From Antedon mediterranea (lineage: Eukaryota; Animalia; Echinodermata), in NCBI RefSeq assembly GCF_964355755.1, contig NC_092678.1:19485365-19549364 (forward strand): a DNA stretch of 64,000 bases. The letters are read 5' to 3'. Position numbers and translations under genes: made by a program. Positions within the stretch are counted from its first letter, which is position 1, and each line of letters opens with the position of its first letter. Below the pieces are notes generated by a model, which was given only the letters and a program-made list of their open reading frames with translations, was not told the DNA's origin and did no database searches. Positions 38,701 through 50,035 of the stretch are shown here, piece after piece.

Positions 38701-40732
38701 AAAGGAAAGAAAAAAATAAAAGAAAAAAGGAAAGAACAAAAAAAAATGGTAAGAAGGGAAAGATTGTGAGAAAACCAATAAGATTATATTGCATGACAAC
38801 TAGTTTAGATTATAACATTACTTACTAATAATATTAAAAACGGCATCAAACATAAAACGTCTGGACCTGTGACCAGTGAAAGTAATGTGGGTCCCAATAT
38901 CATAGACGGCAGCTTGATTGGTATATTTATAAATCGACTCTAAATTAGAATACGACTGTTCGTAGTAGATACGCCCTGTTGTAAAGGTAAAGCCTATTTT
39001 ATCTCCAGGTAAAACATCTATTTGATCTGAAATTGCAAGTGGAAATTCGACGACAACGTCAGGCTCTCCGTCCGGAAGTAACGTTTTCCCAATGATTTCA
39101 TACACGTTGTTGTCTGCGTCTACAGCTCTGTAAACTAAGCCAATGATACCCGTTGCTACTTTTGCCATATACCTCCATCCTGTGATTGTACCTGGACACT
39201 TGATCTTGTTCCAATCGTCCATATAAATTTTCACTACTGTTGCCTTTTTCGTACTTATCTTCATTAACGGCCAATTGATAACCTTACAGGGTAAATATGA
39301 ATCTGAAAACAAACAATTGAATCTACTTTTTGACGAAAGTTTTAAATACTGGATTATGAGGCTCAACCAATGATCTTATCATCATTATTGACGTCACTGG
39401 TAAGTTGGCGACAACGTAATCATTAGCGAGCTTTCTTTTGTGGACGACGGTAGACGATCAGGAAACCTTAACATACCGTGACGAAACACAGGTTCCAACC
39501 GTTACACAGCCTTTTTAAATTACATTGTCCTTCTAACATTCACAAAGAAAGGCACGCCTATATTACAAACAGAAACAGACGACAATGTCGTGTACAAGAA
39601 AAACAATTTTTCCATGTACACCTTTTTATATATGGAACAAATAAAGATTTGATTTGATAATACATTTCAGTATTACTATTTTGGTTTTAATCAATTCCTA
39701 GTTTACAAAGTAGCAGGATGTTTGTCTTTTGTTGTTCCAGAGATGGACGCTTCAGACATTTTTAGCATCCATTGATCCACTGTCAATGGTAATATTCACC
39801 ATTGCTTTGAACAACGGGTCTTTCACACCTGACGTTCCGGCGGCAGGGTGCTGGTCCGGCGCCTGAAATCAAATCGGTCGTCAATGTTTCATTTTTACGA
39901 CGCTCATAGCGACTAGGCGCCAATCAATATGTGCGTATAGCCGCGTGAAAACGGAACATTGACGATTTGATTTTCCGGTGCCGGACCAAAACCGTGCCGG
40001 AACAGGTGTGAAGTAAAGAAGTAAACTTAAACAATCATCATGAACAAATAACCCACAAAAGTCAGTCGTTTACGTACCTTTTAAAACAGCTTGGAATGAT
40101 TGTGTTCTTATACTTGAACCACCATTGATGGTGTGAACCGTGTGGACTAGCAGATCATGCTGACTGATCCCGTGTTGAAAAATAAACATTGTCCCTTCAT
40201 TATCCCGAGCCAAAACAGCTGTTTCAAATTTGAATCCAATAACATCACCAATTTTTACTGAGATCCAATCTGTTTCTGGTAGCGTAAACTCTCGTGCTGT
40301 ATTCAATACTTGCTGTTTCGGTATTACGGTTCGTCCAACCACAACGTACTGGTTGCTACCAGCTATGTGTGGACGCATCACCAATGCTAGAAATTCTGCA
40401 GACGCAGTTGGATAGAATCTCCAAGCTGTTACGTATCCATCACATGTTATTGGATTCCCAGTATTCAGCATCGTCCATCCAGTGCTATCCGTTAGAGATC
40501 TAGGTATGATATCTCCTCCATGCACCTTAGGGCAATCACTACCATAGGCTAAAAAGAAAGCAATAACTGTCATCAGAAAAGCACTCTACCTCTCTATCTC
40601 TGTTACATTTTTCTACATATTACTGTACTTAAAATGTGTATAAATGTAGACCCACTAACCTTTCAACACCACGCTAACCAACAGAAGAAAAATTAAGCGT
40701 TGTAGATCAACGTCACACATAACGGTAGCCAT
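32741..40732 (-). CDS. Secreted mosaic protein (~810 aa): signal peptide - 2 unnamed beta-rich repeats - PAN/apple - EGF-like - FA58C/discoidin - unnamed C-terminal domain; 11 exons: 40732-40660, 40548-40078, 39302-38826, 38211-37964, 36919-36787, 36211-35877, 35368-35227, 34652-34477, 34343-34168, 33416-33259, 32784-32741
   Basis: All 10 introns are GT-AG and the phases join into one 2433-nt ORF. N-terminus MATVMCDVDLQRLIFLLLVSVVLKAYG is hydrophobic. PAN: CVTNCIKNQQCKSVNYNQNTCKLN. EGF: CASVDCGSENICINVPGALRRHLCFCSGTGYLVEQC. FA58C: CLEPLGIESGNIFDGQLSASS..ARLN..WIQIHL..ITGIQTQGR..QWVKTYTISY..IFDGNSD..IRIYPK..SLRAEILGC. No transmembrane segment seen. Confidence 0.85.
33455..33850 (-). mobile_element. 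Probable LINE 3' remnant (CR1-group-like tail)
   Basis: On the minus strand it ends in a stem-loop region followed by aaataaaattaaaattgaattaaattgaa. The coding portion is heavily decayed. Confidence 0.35.
33881..34009. mobile_element. MITE family A copy, TAA on both flanks
   Basis: TAA-AGCTCTGTCTACA...TGTAGACAAGGCT-TAA. Confidence 0.75.
35692..35782. repeat. 19-bp tandem repeat (cattacatttgtaaaacgt), one unit interrupted by GGCCTA
   Basis: Directly visible. Confidence 0.9.
36302..36437 (+). mobile_element. Short Helentron-type (HINE-like) element, copy 1
   Basis: 5' hairpin agtcgc..a.aacgc.act, (GTCG/GTTG)n microsatellite and 3' hairpin gccatgtatatggc+ttgtt. Confidence 0.65.
36959..37089 (+). 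mobile_element. Short Helentron-type (HINE-like) element, copy 2
   Basis: tttttagtcgcgtgcaacgcgactctacagctcactatgtcggtcgg...gccatgtatatggccttgtt, a direct repeat of 36302-36437. Confidence 0.65.
38453..38760. repeat. Polypurine microsatellite (GAAA)n / (GGGGAAAGAAA)n
   Basis: About 300 bp of almost pure A/G, with ~11 perfect 11-bp units. Confidence 0.95.
39822..40011. mobile_element. Palindromic MITE in intron 2 of the mosaic gene
   Basis: ttcacacctg..ttccggc..tggtccggc..aaatcaaatcg..tcaatgtt ... aacattgacgatttgattt..gccggacca..gccggaacaggtgtgaa inverted arms. Confidence 0.7.
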
Positions 40733-40886
40733 TTTTGGAAATATTTTCAATCGAACAACGTAAATTAACTCTAAAGAATGATCTTGTTTTATCTTGGTCT
40801 CAAATGACGATAACTCGTAGATTAAACCGGCATTTCTGAAGAAATCTAGGCCTAAACAAATTAAGTTATTTTAAACATGAGTGTAA

Positions 40887-41361
40887 AGCTTGGTTCGTGC
40901 TAGGACACAACGCAAGAAAGTAAGCGCAACGGAAGCGAGTTGACCAATGGCATTTGAATAATCCATCGATTTTGATTGGTCAAATTGCTTGCGTTTGTCC
41001 TTGTGCCCTTGTGTTGCGTCCTGATGCAAAATAAAGCGTCCTGATGCAAAATAAAGCGTGGTTCCCACTAGCGACGCAACATATGGACGTAACGCAACGC
41101 AAGTGAATTGACCAATCACAAGCGATGGCTTATTCGCTTGTGATTGCTAACTGTCTATAACTTCGCTTGTCATTGGTTAAAACGCTTGCGTTGCGTTTAC
41201 GTCCTAGTTACGTTCTAGTGGGAACCAAGCTTTAGCGTAATGCTTGGTTCCCACGCAACACAAGGACGTAACGCAACGTACGTGACTGTCGCTTGTCATT
41301 GGTCAAGACGCTTCCGTTGCGTTTACCTCATTGGCGTTGCGTCCTAGTGGGAACCAAGCTT
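40887..41361. mobile_element. Cluster of three MITE family B copies (40887-~41022, 41054-41232, 41242-41361)
   Basis: Repeated AAGC(T/G)TGGTTCCCACTAG / CTAGTGGGAACCAAGCTT termini and aacgcaacgcaag sub-motifs. Confidence 0.8.
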
Positions 41362-41989
41362 AAGAAACAAAATATTTTTTTCTAAAATAATCACATTGTA
41401 GACTATAGTCGGACGATGTAATCACTACCAAGAAATATCTACGAACTCCAAATAAAAACGATAGTTCGTATGTTATACCACTGTACTTACGCTATAAACA
41501 TCACTTTAAAACGTGAGTGTAAGAAACAACTTTCAAAACGAGATATACATTACAAATGACATTCACAACTATTGCGTTAAATAAAGATCGAGTCTACTAA
41601 CCCAACCAATTATTGGACCGTCACTTAATCAATATTGTACAGTTATTTATAGAAATCTAGTATAGATTGCTATATTAATAGATATATAGGCCTACAACTG
41701 AATAGGAGCCTTGGTAAAAATGATCAATTAAAGACAAAGAAGAAGAGGCTTAAGCCTGAGAGATTGATATTGATAACATGGTCATTGATTGCTAAGCAAG
41801 CGAGAAAGATAAATATTTAATACTTTTGTTACTATTATTTTTCAGGTCATAATTTGTCAATAAAATCAATTTTAATTTATACTTATTCTTTTCTGTCAAT
41901 AATGATCAACAAAGCATACTATTGTAATAGTAATGAAATTAGCAATGCTATGTTGCTACTAATCGATACTTATATTATATATAACGTAA

Positions 41990-42430
41990 AATGCAACAAT
42001 ACATTTATATGTATAAATGTTTGCACCAAGTGATTTTCAACAATTATGTAATATTCGTAATCCACAACGTGTTACTCGTAGCTCTTCTTCTGTTGGTACT
42101 CTATTTGATATTCGTCGCTGCAGAATAGAATCCTCGTTTCAATCATTTTCCCACGTGTTACCAGAATTTGGAACAACTTACCCGGTGAAATTCGCAACTT
42201 AGATATTTCTGTTAGTTCTTTTAAAACCAAATTATTAAATTACACACATATTGACAATGTAGTTGGTCGCTTTCTTGTAGATGCTTTAATTGTAGAACGT
42301 AATTTTTTTTTATTTCTGTGCTCTGTTCTGGGTTGACCAACTAGAATAGGTTTGGTTGTTTTTTGTCTTTCCTTGTTTCGTCTTCTTTGTATTGTGTATG
42401 GCAGAAAAATTAAATAAATAAATAAATAAA
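41990..42430 (+). mobile_element. CR1-group LINE 3' remnant
   Basis: Frameshifted translation RVTRSS...SF.PRVTRIWNNLPGEIRNLDISVSSFKTKLL is a typical ORF2 C-terminus. Followed by a UTR and a (TAAA)n tail. Confidence 0.65.
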
Positions 42431-43900
42431 CACTACAAGAACCAAAAATAGGTCGTTTTAGTTACCCGCACATTGGCGAATAACTCCTTGTGATTGTATG
42501 AGATAATCTTTTTCTTTCTGTGTTATTCTTTCTCTCTAATCTTTGTTGTGTCTCGCGTATCTCTAAAACGTATAATCAGAACATTTCGTCAACTTTCACG
42601 TGAATTAGTTGTATATCTCTTTTTTTTTTAATGACGCTAGACTTGCGCAACTTGACTTACGCACGATTTTATGAATTTCAATGATTGATTATAAATTAAA
42701 AACTAAAAATCATTTTATATTGACACATTTTAAGGGTCAACTTTCTGTGGAGTAAAAATAGCGTGTTTCACACAAAGTTACGTGCTGCCGCGAATTTTGT
42801 AAACAGCAGGCCAATAGCGTAAAAAGACAATAATTTCAACACAACGACGAAAAGCAAAGTAAGGGATTTGACCAATCACAAACGATAGATTATACAAATG
42901 GTTGTTTGCCATTGGTCAAGTCGCTTGTGTTATGTCTATGTCCTGGGGTTGCGTCCAAGTGGAAACCTAAGCTTAATAATTGGCATCAATTCGTGTTACT
43001 CTGGTACAGTAGGCCTACGCTCAACTGACCATTGAAGATCCACCAGCTCCCTCTCCCCCGCCTCAACTCTAAATTCAAATCCTAAAGGCCACTCCGGCTC
43101 TGACTTTCGGCTCTCTTGGGTAGAAACTCTGTAGGCCTATGTGAGGGTGATCAAACAATCATCTGTAGGCTTCCTTCGCCTACATTGTTTAGGCATACGT
43201 TTTTGGTTGATAATCATGATAACAAATGGGAGGAAAATCTGTATCCATTAAACCACTTGCCCAAGTCCAAAGTTTTTTAGATATACATTGTTTATTTATT
43301 TACATTCGTATTTTATCAACGATAGGAGTATTGATAATCATAGCGTTTGTATTACCATTTAACATTATCAACTACATCCGTGTAAAATATAAGTTTAATC
43401 AGATATCACCCATAAGTTCAAAACTACCAGGTATACGCCTGTGTACATTTTCAATGAACAGTTATATATTCCAAATAGGCCCCAGATAAGTACCTCTTGT
43501 TTACAAGTTTTACTTCCTTGGAAACAATGCGACAACAATTGTTTGCTCTCAGTGAATGTAATGTGTATTTACACAGCATACAACCAAAATGCTTGAACCC
43601 TTTCAAAGGCATTGTACAAAGCAAATCGATACTGGTACGTACCCATACCAGACTACATTCTCCCCTCTTTCTTGTTTGCTTAACACAGATCTATTATTTA
43701 TTTTGTGTGTTCGTTAATTTTATTCCACAATAGGCCTATATTCACTCTTCCCTGGTTTTGCCAATAGCCATAGATAACCCCAAGAAGAAACATCATTTAG
43801 ACCCCAAAGGAAGAACAATATTATTCAAGGCCCCCAAATAACCACACAACCACATGAAGATCATCCATCCATACTATCAAAGTAAACAATACATCCACTG

Positions 43901-44040
43901 CCGACCGCGATTTTTTTTTCGTACGATAGTTCCTCCATCGGTTCGTTTCGGGCTCAATCGCGTCTTCGGTAAGTCGAATAAACCCGAAACGAACCAATGG
44001 AGGGACTATGGTACTAAAAAAAAAATGTTGCCTGCCGGCC
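43901..44040. mobile_element. Palindromic element (MITE-like)
   Basis: ttttttttcgtacgatagttcctccatcggttcgtttcggg ... cccgaaacgaaccaatggagggactatggtactaaaaaaaa inverted arms. Confidence 0.65.
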
Positions 44041-44803
44041 ATGCCCTGGTTAACCCACGACTACGACGAACGAACACGACCATATTGCCAAAATCACCGT
44101 ATCACACAACCCAGAGAAAGGAAGACCTATCCTACCTCAAGGAAGAAAAAAGCAAATAAAAGCCCAGCAGGAAAAAGAACCGAGCATGAACCCTGAGTAA
44201 AACAATATAACCCACGACCCTAGAAACAACCTTGTTTTTTGGCCAGCGGTAATGTTATGCCCGGAGCTACCCTTTAAATTAACAAATACTTAGGCCTACA
44301 CTCAACCACGACCCTAAAACACTGTGTTAAATTGGAATTCAGTAAATACAATAATATTATTACTATGTATGTGTTATTTTACATAGAATGTCTGATCTGT
44401 GTGGTTAGTAGTTAGGTACACGTTCTATATAATGCTTTCTATAGCGTTCAATATAATTATAATTGAATAATGCTAGGTTCGTTGAACAACAATCAAGCTT
44501 CGTTAATATATTTGTTCTGTAAATAGAAGGTCTAGCCTAATTGTGCAATTTAGAACAATAATAATCGGTCCTTGAATATAACCGCAAAAAAAGGTAATTG
44601 TGAGTTCAATATAGAACAGCTTTGAACTCCATAATAGAACAGCTTTGAACTCCATTTATAGAACATACCTACTTCTGTGGTTTAATTTTATGATTCTTTT
44701 TTTTTTTTTTTTTTTTTTTGTTCAAGCGAGTTTAAAGTAATAATTAACTATACTGTGTAACAAGATTCAGTTTAGCTGGTCACGTTCGTTTGGGTATACG
44801 TTA

Positions 44804-44964
44804 AAGCCGATTTTCCACTAGGCGAATTTGTTCGCGCGAATCGAATGCGCCAGCTTGTACGCATGTGTATTCATGTTTACGTCTTCCAAATCCTTCTCTA
44901 CGCATGCGTATTAGCTGACGCCTTCGATTCGCGCGAACAAATTCGCCTAGTGGAAAATCGGCTT
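44804..44964. mobile_element. MITE family C, near-perfect hairpin with TA flanks; a half copy lies at 38396-38453
   Basis: AAGCCGATTTTCCACTAGGCGAATTTGTTCGCGCGAATCGAA ... TTCGATTCGCGCGAACAAATTCGCCTAGTGGAAAATCGGCTT: perfect ~42-bp TIR. Confidence 0.85.
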
Positions 44965-46982
44965 TATGGGTAGCTCCGCAGGTATAAAGTTACTATTGTT
45001 TATTCTAAAATATTAAATGTTTGCTCTAACAACATAATGATAATAACCCCAATTATGTGTTATCCCCCGGAGCTACCCTTTAAAGCATGGGTTGAATTGG
45101 GCCTAAAATAAGGCTTTAGATTAATCCATAACGTAGATTAAAAGCGGGCGGGTAAGCACTATAAAAAGTCTCTTTGTGGAGAAATTCACCCTACGGTCCA
45201 AACATCCTGATACGATGTCCAGCCCCCACCTCCCGACGGCTCCTTTTATAGACAATGAAAGCCCTAAACATAGGGGAAACTTTCACCAACCATATTACCA
45301 ATTTCAACCAAAGGGACAACATTATTGTGGATTTATATCATGGTATACCATTTTCGATAATAAACACGCTCTTTAGAGTACTAATTACACGGTACGTTAA
45401 ATGTCTGTAATTTGGTAAAAGGCTACTGTTATTTCGACCTTTTGCTATATTGGTTTTGCTCAGTCGGCAGTGAACTTAGGAAAACTAGGGAGATCAAAGA
45501 TGTCCACCACATCAAAATTTGTTTTCTACAAAAAAACTTTAACGTCCGTCATTGGTTAAATTTTGTTACGTCAGTGGTTACATTTTGTTACGTTAGTGGT
45601 TGAATCACGTGATTGTTTAGCTGTCATTAGATAGATTCTAACTGGCTATCGACAGTCCTGTCTATGACTACTATACTGACAAAGTAAAATGTGCATTATG
45701 GTGTTGAATTTTTACTGTTAAAAGTTATTTACAGTAAGAATCTATCTTACGACAGAAATCGGGTGATTATTGTGTTTTATCAGTGGTTGATTTTTGGTTG
45801 TTACCGTAGTTTATTGTTTGCCCTAGTTAATCTTACGTCAGACGGTTAAGTGTTTGGAAAAGAAACATATTGTTTTCATTGTCCAGGTAATACGATATTA
45901 AAAAACATTTAAAATAGATTTGAATTACTTATGATTATTTTTACTACCTGGATTTCGAATTAAAAATGTGAATTGCATTTTAAACGAAAGATAATTTAAA
46001 ACTTTGATTATTTGATCGTGGTGGTCTATGTACTCTCATGCTTTTTGTTGATTGTGACGTACGTTGGTGACGTCATTCTTGTGATGATGTTTGGAAGTTT
46101 ATATTGATTATAACCGCTAACTGAGATGAGATATAATGCGATTTCACCGGGGACTTCACACCTCGCACAACTACTTTGTGGTGTAAAAAAGTATTAAATC
46201 TCCAATTAAAACCTTTAATTAATGTTAAATCCTAAACTCTTTATTTCATTTCTCCTACTTGCTTAGGTGATTATTTTTAACATAAGTTTGATTAAGAACT
46301 AGTACCAAGGGAGTAAACCAAATAATTTATTTATTCAAAGATTGTGAACGGATTAAGGTTTCCTTTTTGATAAATGAGGTTTTTTTTCCTCGACGATTGA
46401 CGCATTTTCCTTGATAATTTGACCGATTTGTTTTTCTTTCTATCCATACTTTAGAAGACATATACTAAATGTATACACTTGCCGCATTTCTACATCTTAA
46501 TAATTTAGTGTGATTATATGCGATTAAAAGATCTTATGATAACTATAATACATGATGATATGACATTTTGATATTATAGGCCTGGATAACTATCATGAAA
46601 GCAGGGTTCACACACATGTTTTAAAAGAGAACAAAAAATGCCCTCGTTGTTTTATCATGCTAATTATTTGCTCATTTACATACAACCTGTCCTATATAAG
46701 TACTCTAGGCGTTGTTTTCTGTTCTGATGATGAGAATAGTTTCTCGAAACATGTCACATTTTAAGGCAGTTTGCTATTCATTAAGTGCTTCACTATGGTT
46801 ATTTTAACTCGAAATTTAGGTGGAATCATTCACGATTTATGTAGAAAAAAATCGAAACTGTTAAAGAGAATCTAGTTCATGGATGGACGAATTGAAAACA
46901 AACATTTTATAATTATTAACGAATATACAGTAGTAGGCCTACGGTGATTATTTCAGGATTTCTTTTTTTTAATTTGAAAATC

Positions 46983-47132
46983 TACAGTATTCCAACGTTC
47001 TATTTATCCGAATGCTATAATATAGCATTCGGATAAATAGAACGTTGAAATGCTCTATCTCTCTATCTCGCATTCACCGTATCTCGTTAGATTTTCAGTT
47101 TTTTTCAATACCAGTTCAATATGCGCACTGTA
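46983..47132. mobile_element. Small TA-CAGT...ACTG-TA element containing a perfect 27-bp-arm palindrome (46993-47047)
   Basis: caacgttctatttatccgaatgctata-a-tatagcattcggataaatagaacgttg. The termini resemble pogo/Tc1-type ends. Confidence 0.5.
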
Positions 47133-48879
47133 TACTAGTTTGAATCACATAGCGACCTGCTTTGATTGAATCAGCAACTTAAGGAGTTCATTCATCAATT
47201 ACAGTTAATGTCAGGCCCTCGTTCATTCTAATCTGAATATAAATTGGTATCATCATTTGGGTCGCGATTCCATTTCAACAAAGTGATACTATTGCATAAG
47301 TAAGCTTTTATAAACCATAACGCTGTAATGCTGAAGCTTACTCAATTAAGACATGTATTCCTGTTGAAAAAGCATTCTTAATTTTCCAGGCGTCAAGACG
47401 TAAATCATTGCAGAAATCCATTCAAAGATGCAGTGATTTTATCGCCGGGTTCACCGGACAAACACAGTAATAGTTGATTTATTTTAGGCCTAACTATTAT
47501 CGCGCACACGATGTTAGATCTGCCGCGTTGTAACAACAATCATAATTATTAAACCGCCGCAATTACAAACGTGTGTGAGTAATTTAATAAAGACTGTTGA
47601 TGTTTATTTTACCATTTGACATGTTAGTATTATTCCGCAGGTTTGAACAGAATCTAAATATAGGCCTAGATAACCAATGGAAAATATAGTGGTGTGCACT
47701 ATGATAAACTAACGAATGTTGAACACGTAGAGACATGTCACAATTTGAGATAGTCTATCGGATACGGTAATATAACCAGGGCCGAAGGGAAGGCATTTTT
47801 TTTCTATGCAATTAAGAAAGAAATCATAAATAATTCGTTAGAATACTATGACATAATATCGGACATATAAGCATGCAGAGAGATTAAATAATATGTGTAA
47901 ACAGCGTTTGCCAATCGAAATGTTTGGTCTAGAGTGGTAAAGGCTTTAACCCATTACACTGGAACTCTCGGTTCGAGATCTTTCAAGAACTTCTTTATAC
48001 TAGAAAATAATTAATAATAAATTAATGAATTATTCATGATTTATGCCAAATTTTCCATGGCCATCTTTATTGTTTATCATAATAATAATGATCATTGATC
48101 GTCAGGATTCAGGCAGTGAAATTCGACATGGAACATGATTTTTAGTGGTTTTGCGACGTCGGGCAAGTGATTATGTGAGCCCTTCCCAGTGTCTTAAGTC
48201 GCTTACACACGCGGGCGATCGCTTCGTAATCGTACCGTGCCTTCATCATCTGAACAACCTATCAAGTGAGCTTTTTTGGTGACGGTAAAAACGTAAACGT
48301 ACCTACCCAACCCGAAAGGAATTTTTGATAGTTAGATTTGTGTCTGTTTCTCTTTTGTTTTAGGTCGTCGCAATTCAGCCCAGTTGGCTGCGAGTAACAG
48401 GTTATTGCCCCCACATTAACATTCACACAACATTTTATTTTGAAATAGCCCCCTCTATCGATATAAATCAGGTAAATCACCTGTGTTAGATCTTTTGAAG
48501 CTTCCGACAGATCTAAACAATACTATGATTATTCTGTTGACATAAAAATTAATCAGTGAATGGCGAGCTCTTTATTCTTAGATATTTTTCCATTGAAGTC
48601 TACTGTTTGTTTTGTTTTCCACTTAAACGATTTTAGCGGAACTGCTTTTTTCAATCCGTTGTTTAACTTGTTTCTATTTTATAACAATTCAACGTCATGC
48701 GAATTAATTGAAATGTAAGCAAAACACTGTTATGTTAAAGATAAACTATCACTAGTTAGATTTGGTTGCAATACTGATATGTATTATTAACACCTTGACA
48801 TTGACTGGTTAATTTCGTATTTTTAGCAGCGAAATGTGATACTATACTATACTCCACGTAAAATACATCTGCTGTAATT

Positions 48880-49130
48880 TTCCGTTTCAACATGTAATAT
48901 TGCGTTTAAGCCTAACTGTATTGCGTTTCAAATGCAATTGAGTTTAAACTTTTAGTTATTGCGTTTCAACTTGTAGTTATTGCGGTTAAATTTGTAATTG
49001 CGTTTCAACTCATGTAAAATTGCGTTCAAGCCTAACTTTATTGCGTTTAAACTGCAATTGCGTTTAAACGTGTAATTATTGCGTTTTAACTTGTAGCTAT
49101 TGCGTTTCAACTCAAATAATATTGTGTTTC
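48880..49130. repeat. ~21-bp degenerate minisatellite (attgcgtttcaacttgtagtt); a related attgcgttt array lies at ~53290-53425
   Basis: Directly visible. Confidence 0.8.
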
Positions 49131-49713
49131 CACTGTATTTTATAATACAGCTGTGGTTTATGATTCATGAAACATTAGTTATGCCAGATTTATTGCTTTA
49201 GTCGCCGATTTATCTAATTGGTAAACAACAATGCATCTCTCGGATTGTTTTAATAACTCATTCCGATTAATTTGAATGACACTTGTTGTTCAATATTCTG
49301 AATACATTGCTTTATTTTGAAGCACTATTTTTTAATCATTAATGATTCAGCAATAACAATAATACTAAGAAACCGATGATGCGAAACGTAACCAGGACAG
49401 TGTTAATTTTTTTACTAAAAATACCAGAGAGTGTATATAAATAACTAGAGAGTAAATTAACCGACATCGAAACGATGCCAAAATGAATTACTCCTTAAAC
49501 CGGCTGCCATATACATGTGTTAGTTTTTAACTTAAGAACATTATTAACAATCTTAACTTAAGCAAAACTATTGAGGCCTACCAGACAGTCGACACAATTT
49601 CGTGCTGTTTCATATAACAAGTATTTGGTCCTCGCGTGCCGCACTCAATGAATATCTTTAACAATTCTCTGTAAGATGTAATCTGAACCAAATTGGTACG
49701 ATCGATATATTAG

Positions 49714-49773
<60 letters not shown>

Positions 49774-49780
49774 TATATAA

Positions 49781-50035
49781 ACACAACAGGCAAAGAACAT
49801 TAATTCTAAACCGCCCGGTGATATACTGAAATTTAATTAATTAATTTGAAACGATAAAGATGAGGAAATCTGTGAGAATGAGAAAAAGTCGCCCCAACCG
49901 AGACTCGAACTCGGACCGCCTGCTTGATATGCAGATGTCCTAACCATTAGACCACTGGGGCTTTCATGGTATTGTCCGAACTCGATTGGATAGCGACTCT
50001 TTAACACTCTCGGCGTGGTACGGCGGAACAGCACT
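49781..50035 (-). mobile_element. ~250-bp (TA)n-associated dispersed repeat containing a tRNA-like cloverleaf, copy 1
   Basis: Highly similar to 57957-58197 over its whole length. Abuts (TA)n at 49716-49779. Confidence 0.75.
49890..49961 (-). tRNA. tRNA-like sequence with anticodon ATC (Asp-like), most likely repeat-borne or a pseudogene
   Basis: GCCCCAG TG GTCT AATGGTTA GGAC A TCTGC ATATCAA GCAGG CGGT CCGAG TTCGAGT CTCGG TTGGGGC G. All four stems pair, A and B boxes are present, the discriminator is G, and TTTTT follows. Position 32 is an atypical A. Confidence 0.45.

Noticed and set aside
38402-38799. Phe/Leu/Ser-rich and Lys/Glu/Arg-rich ORFs
   Set aside because: Translations of the polypurine microsatellite.
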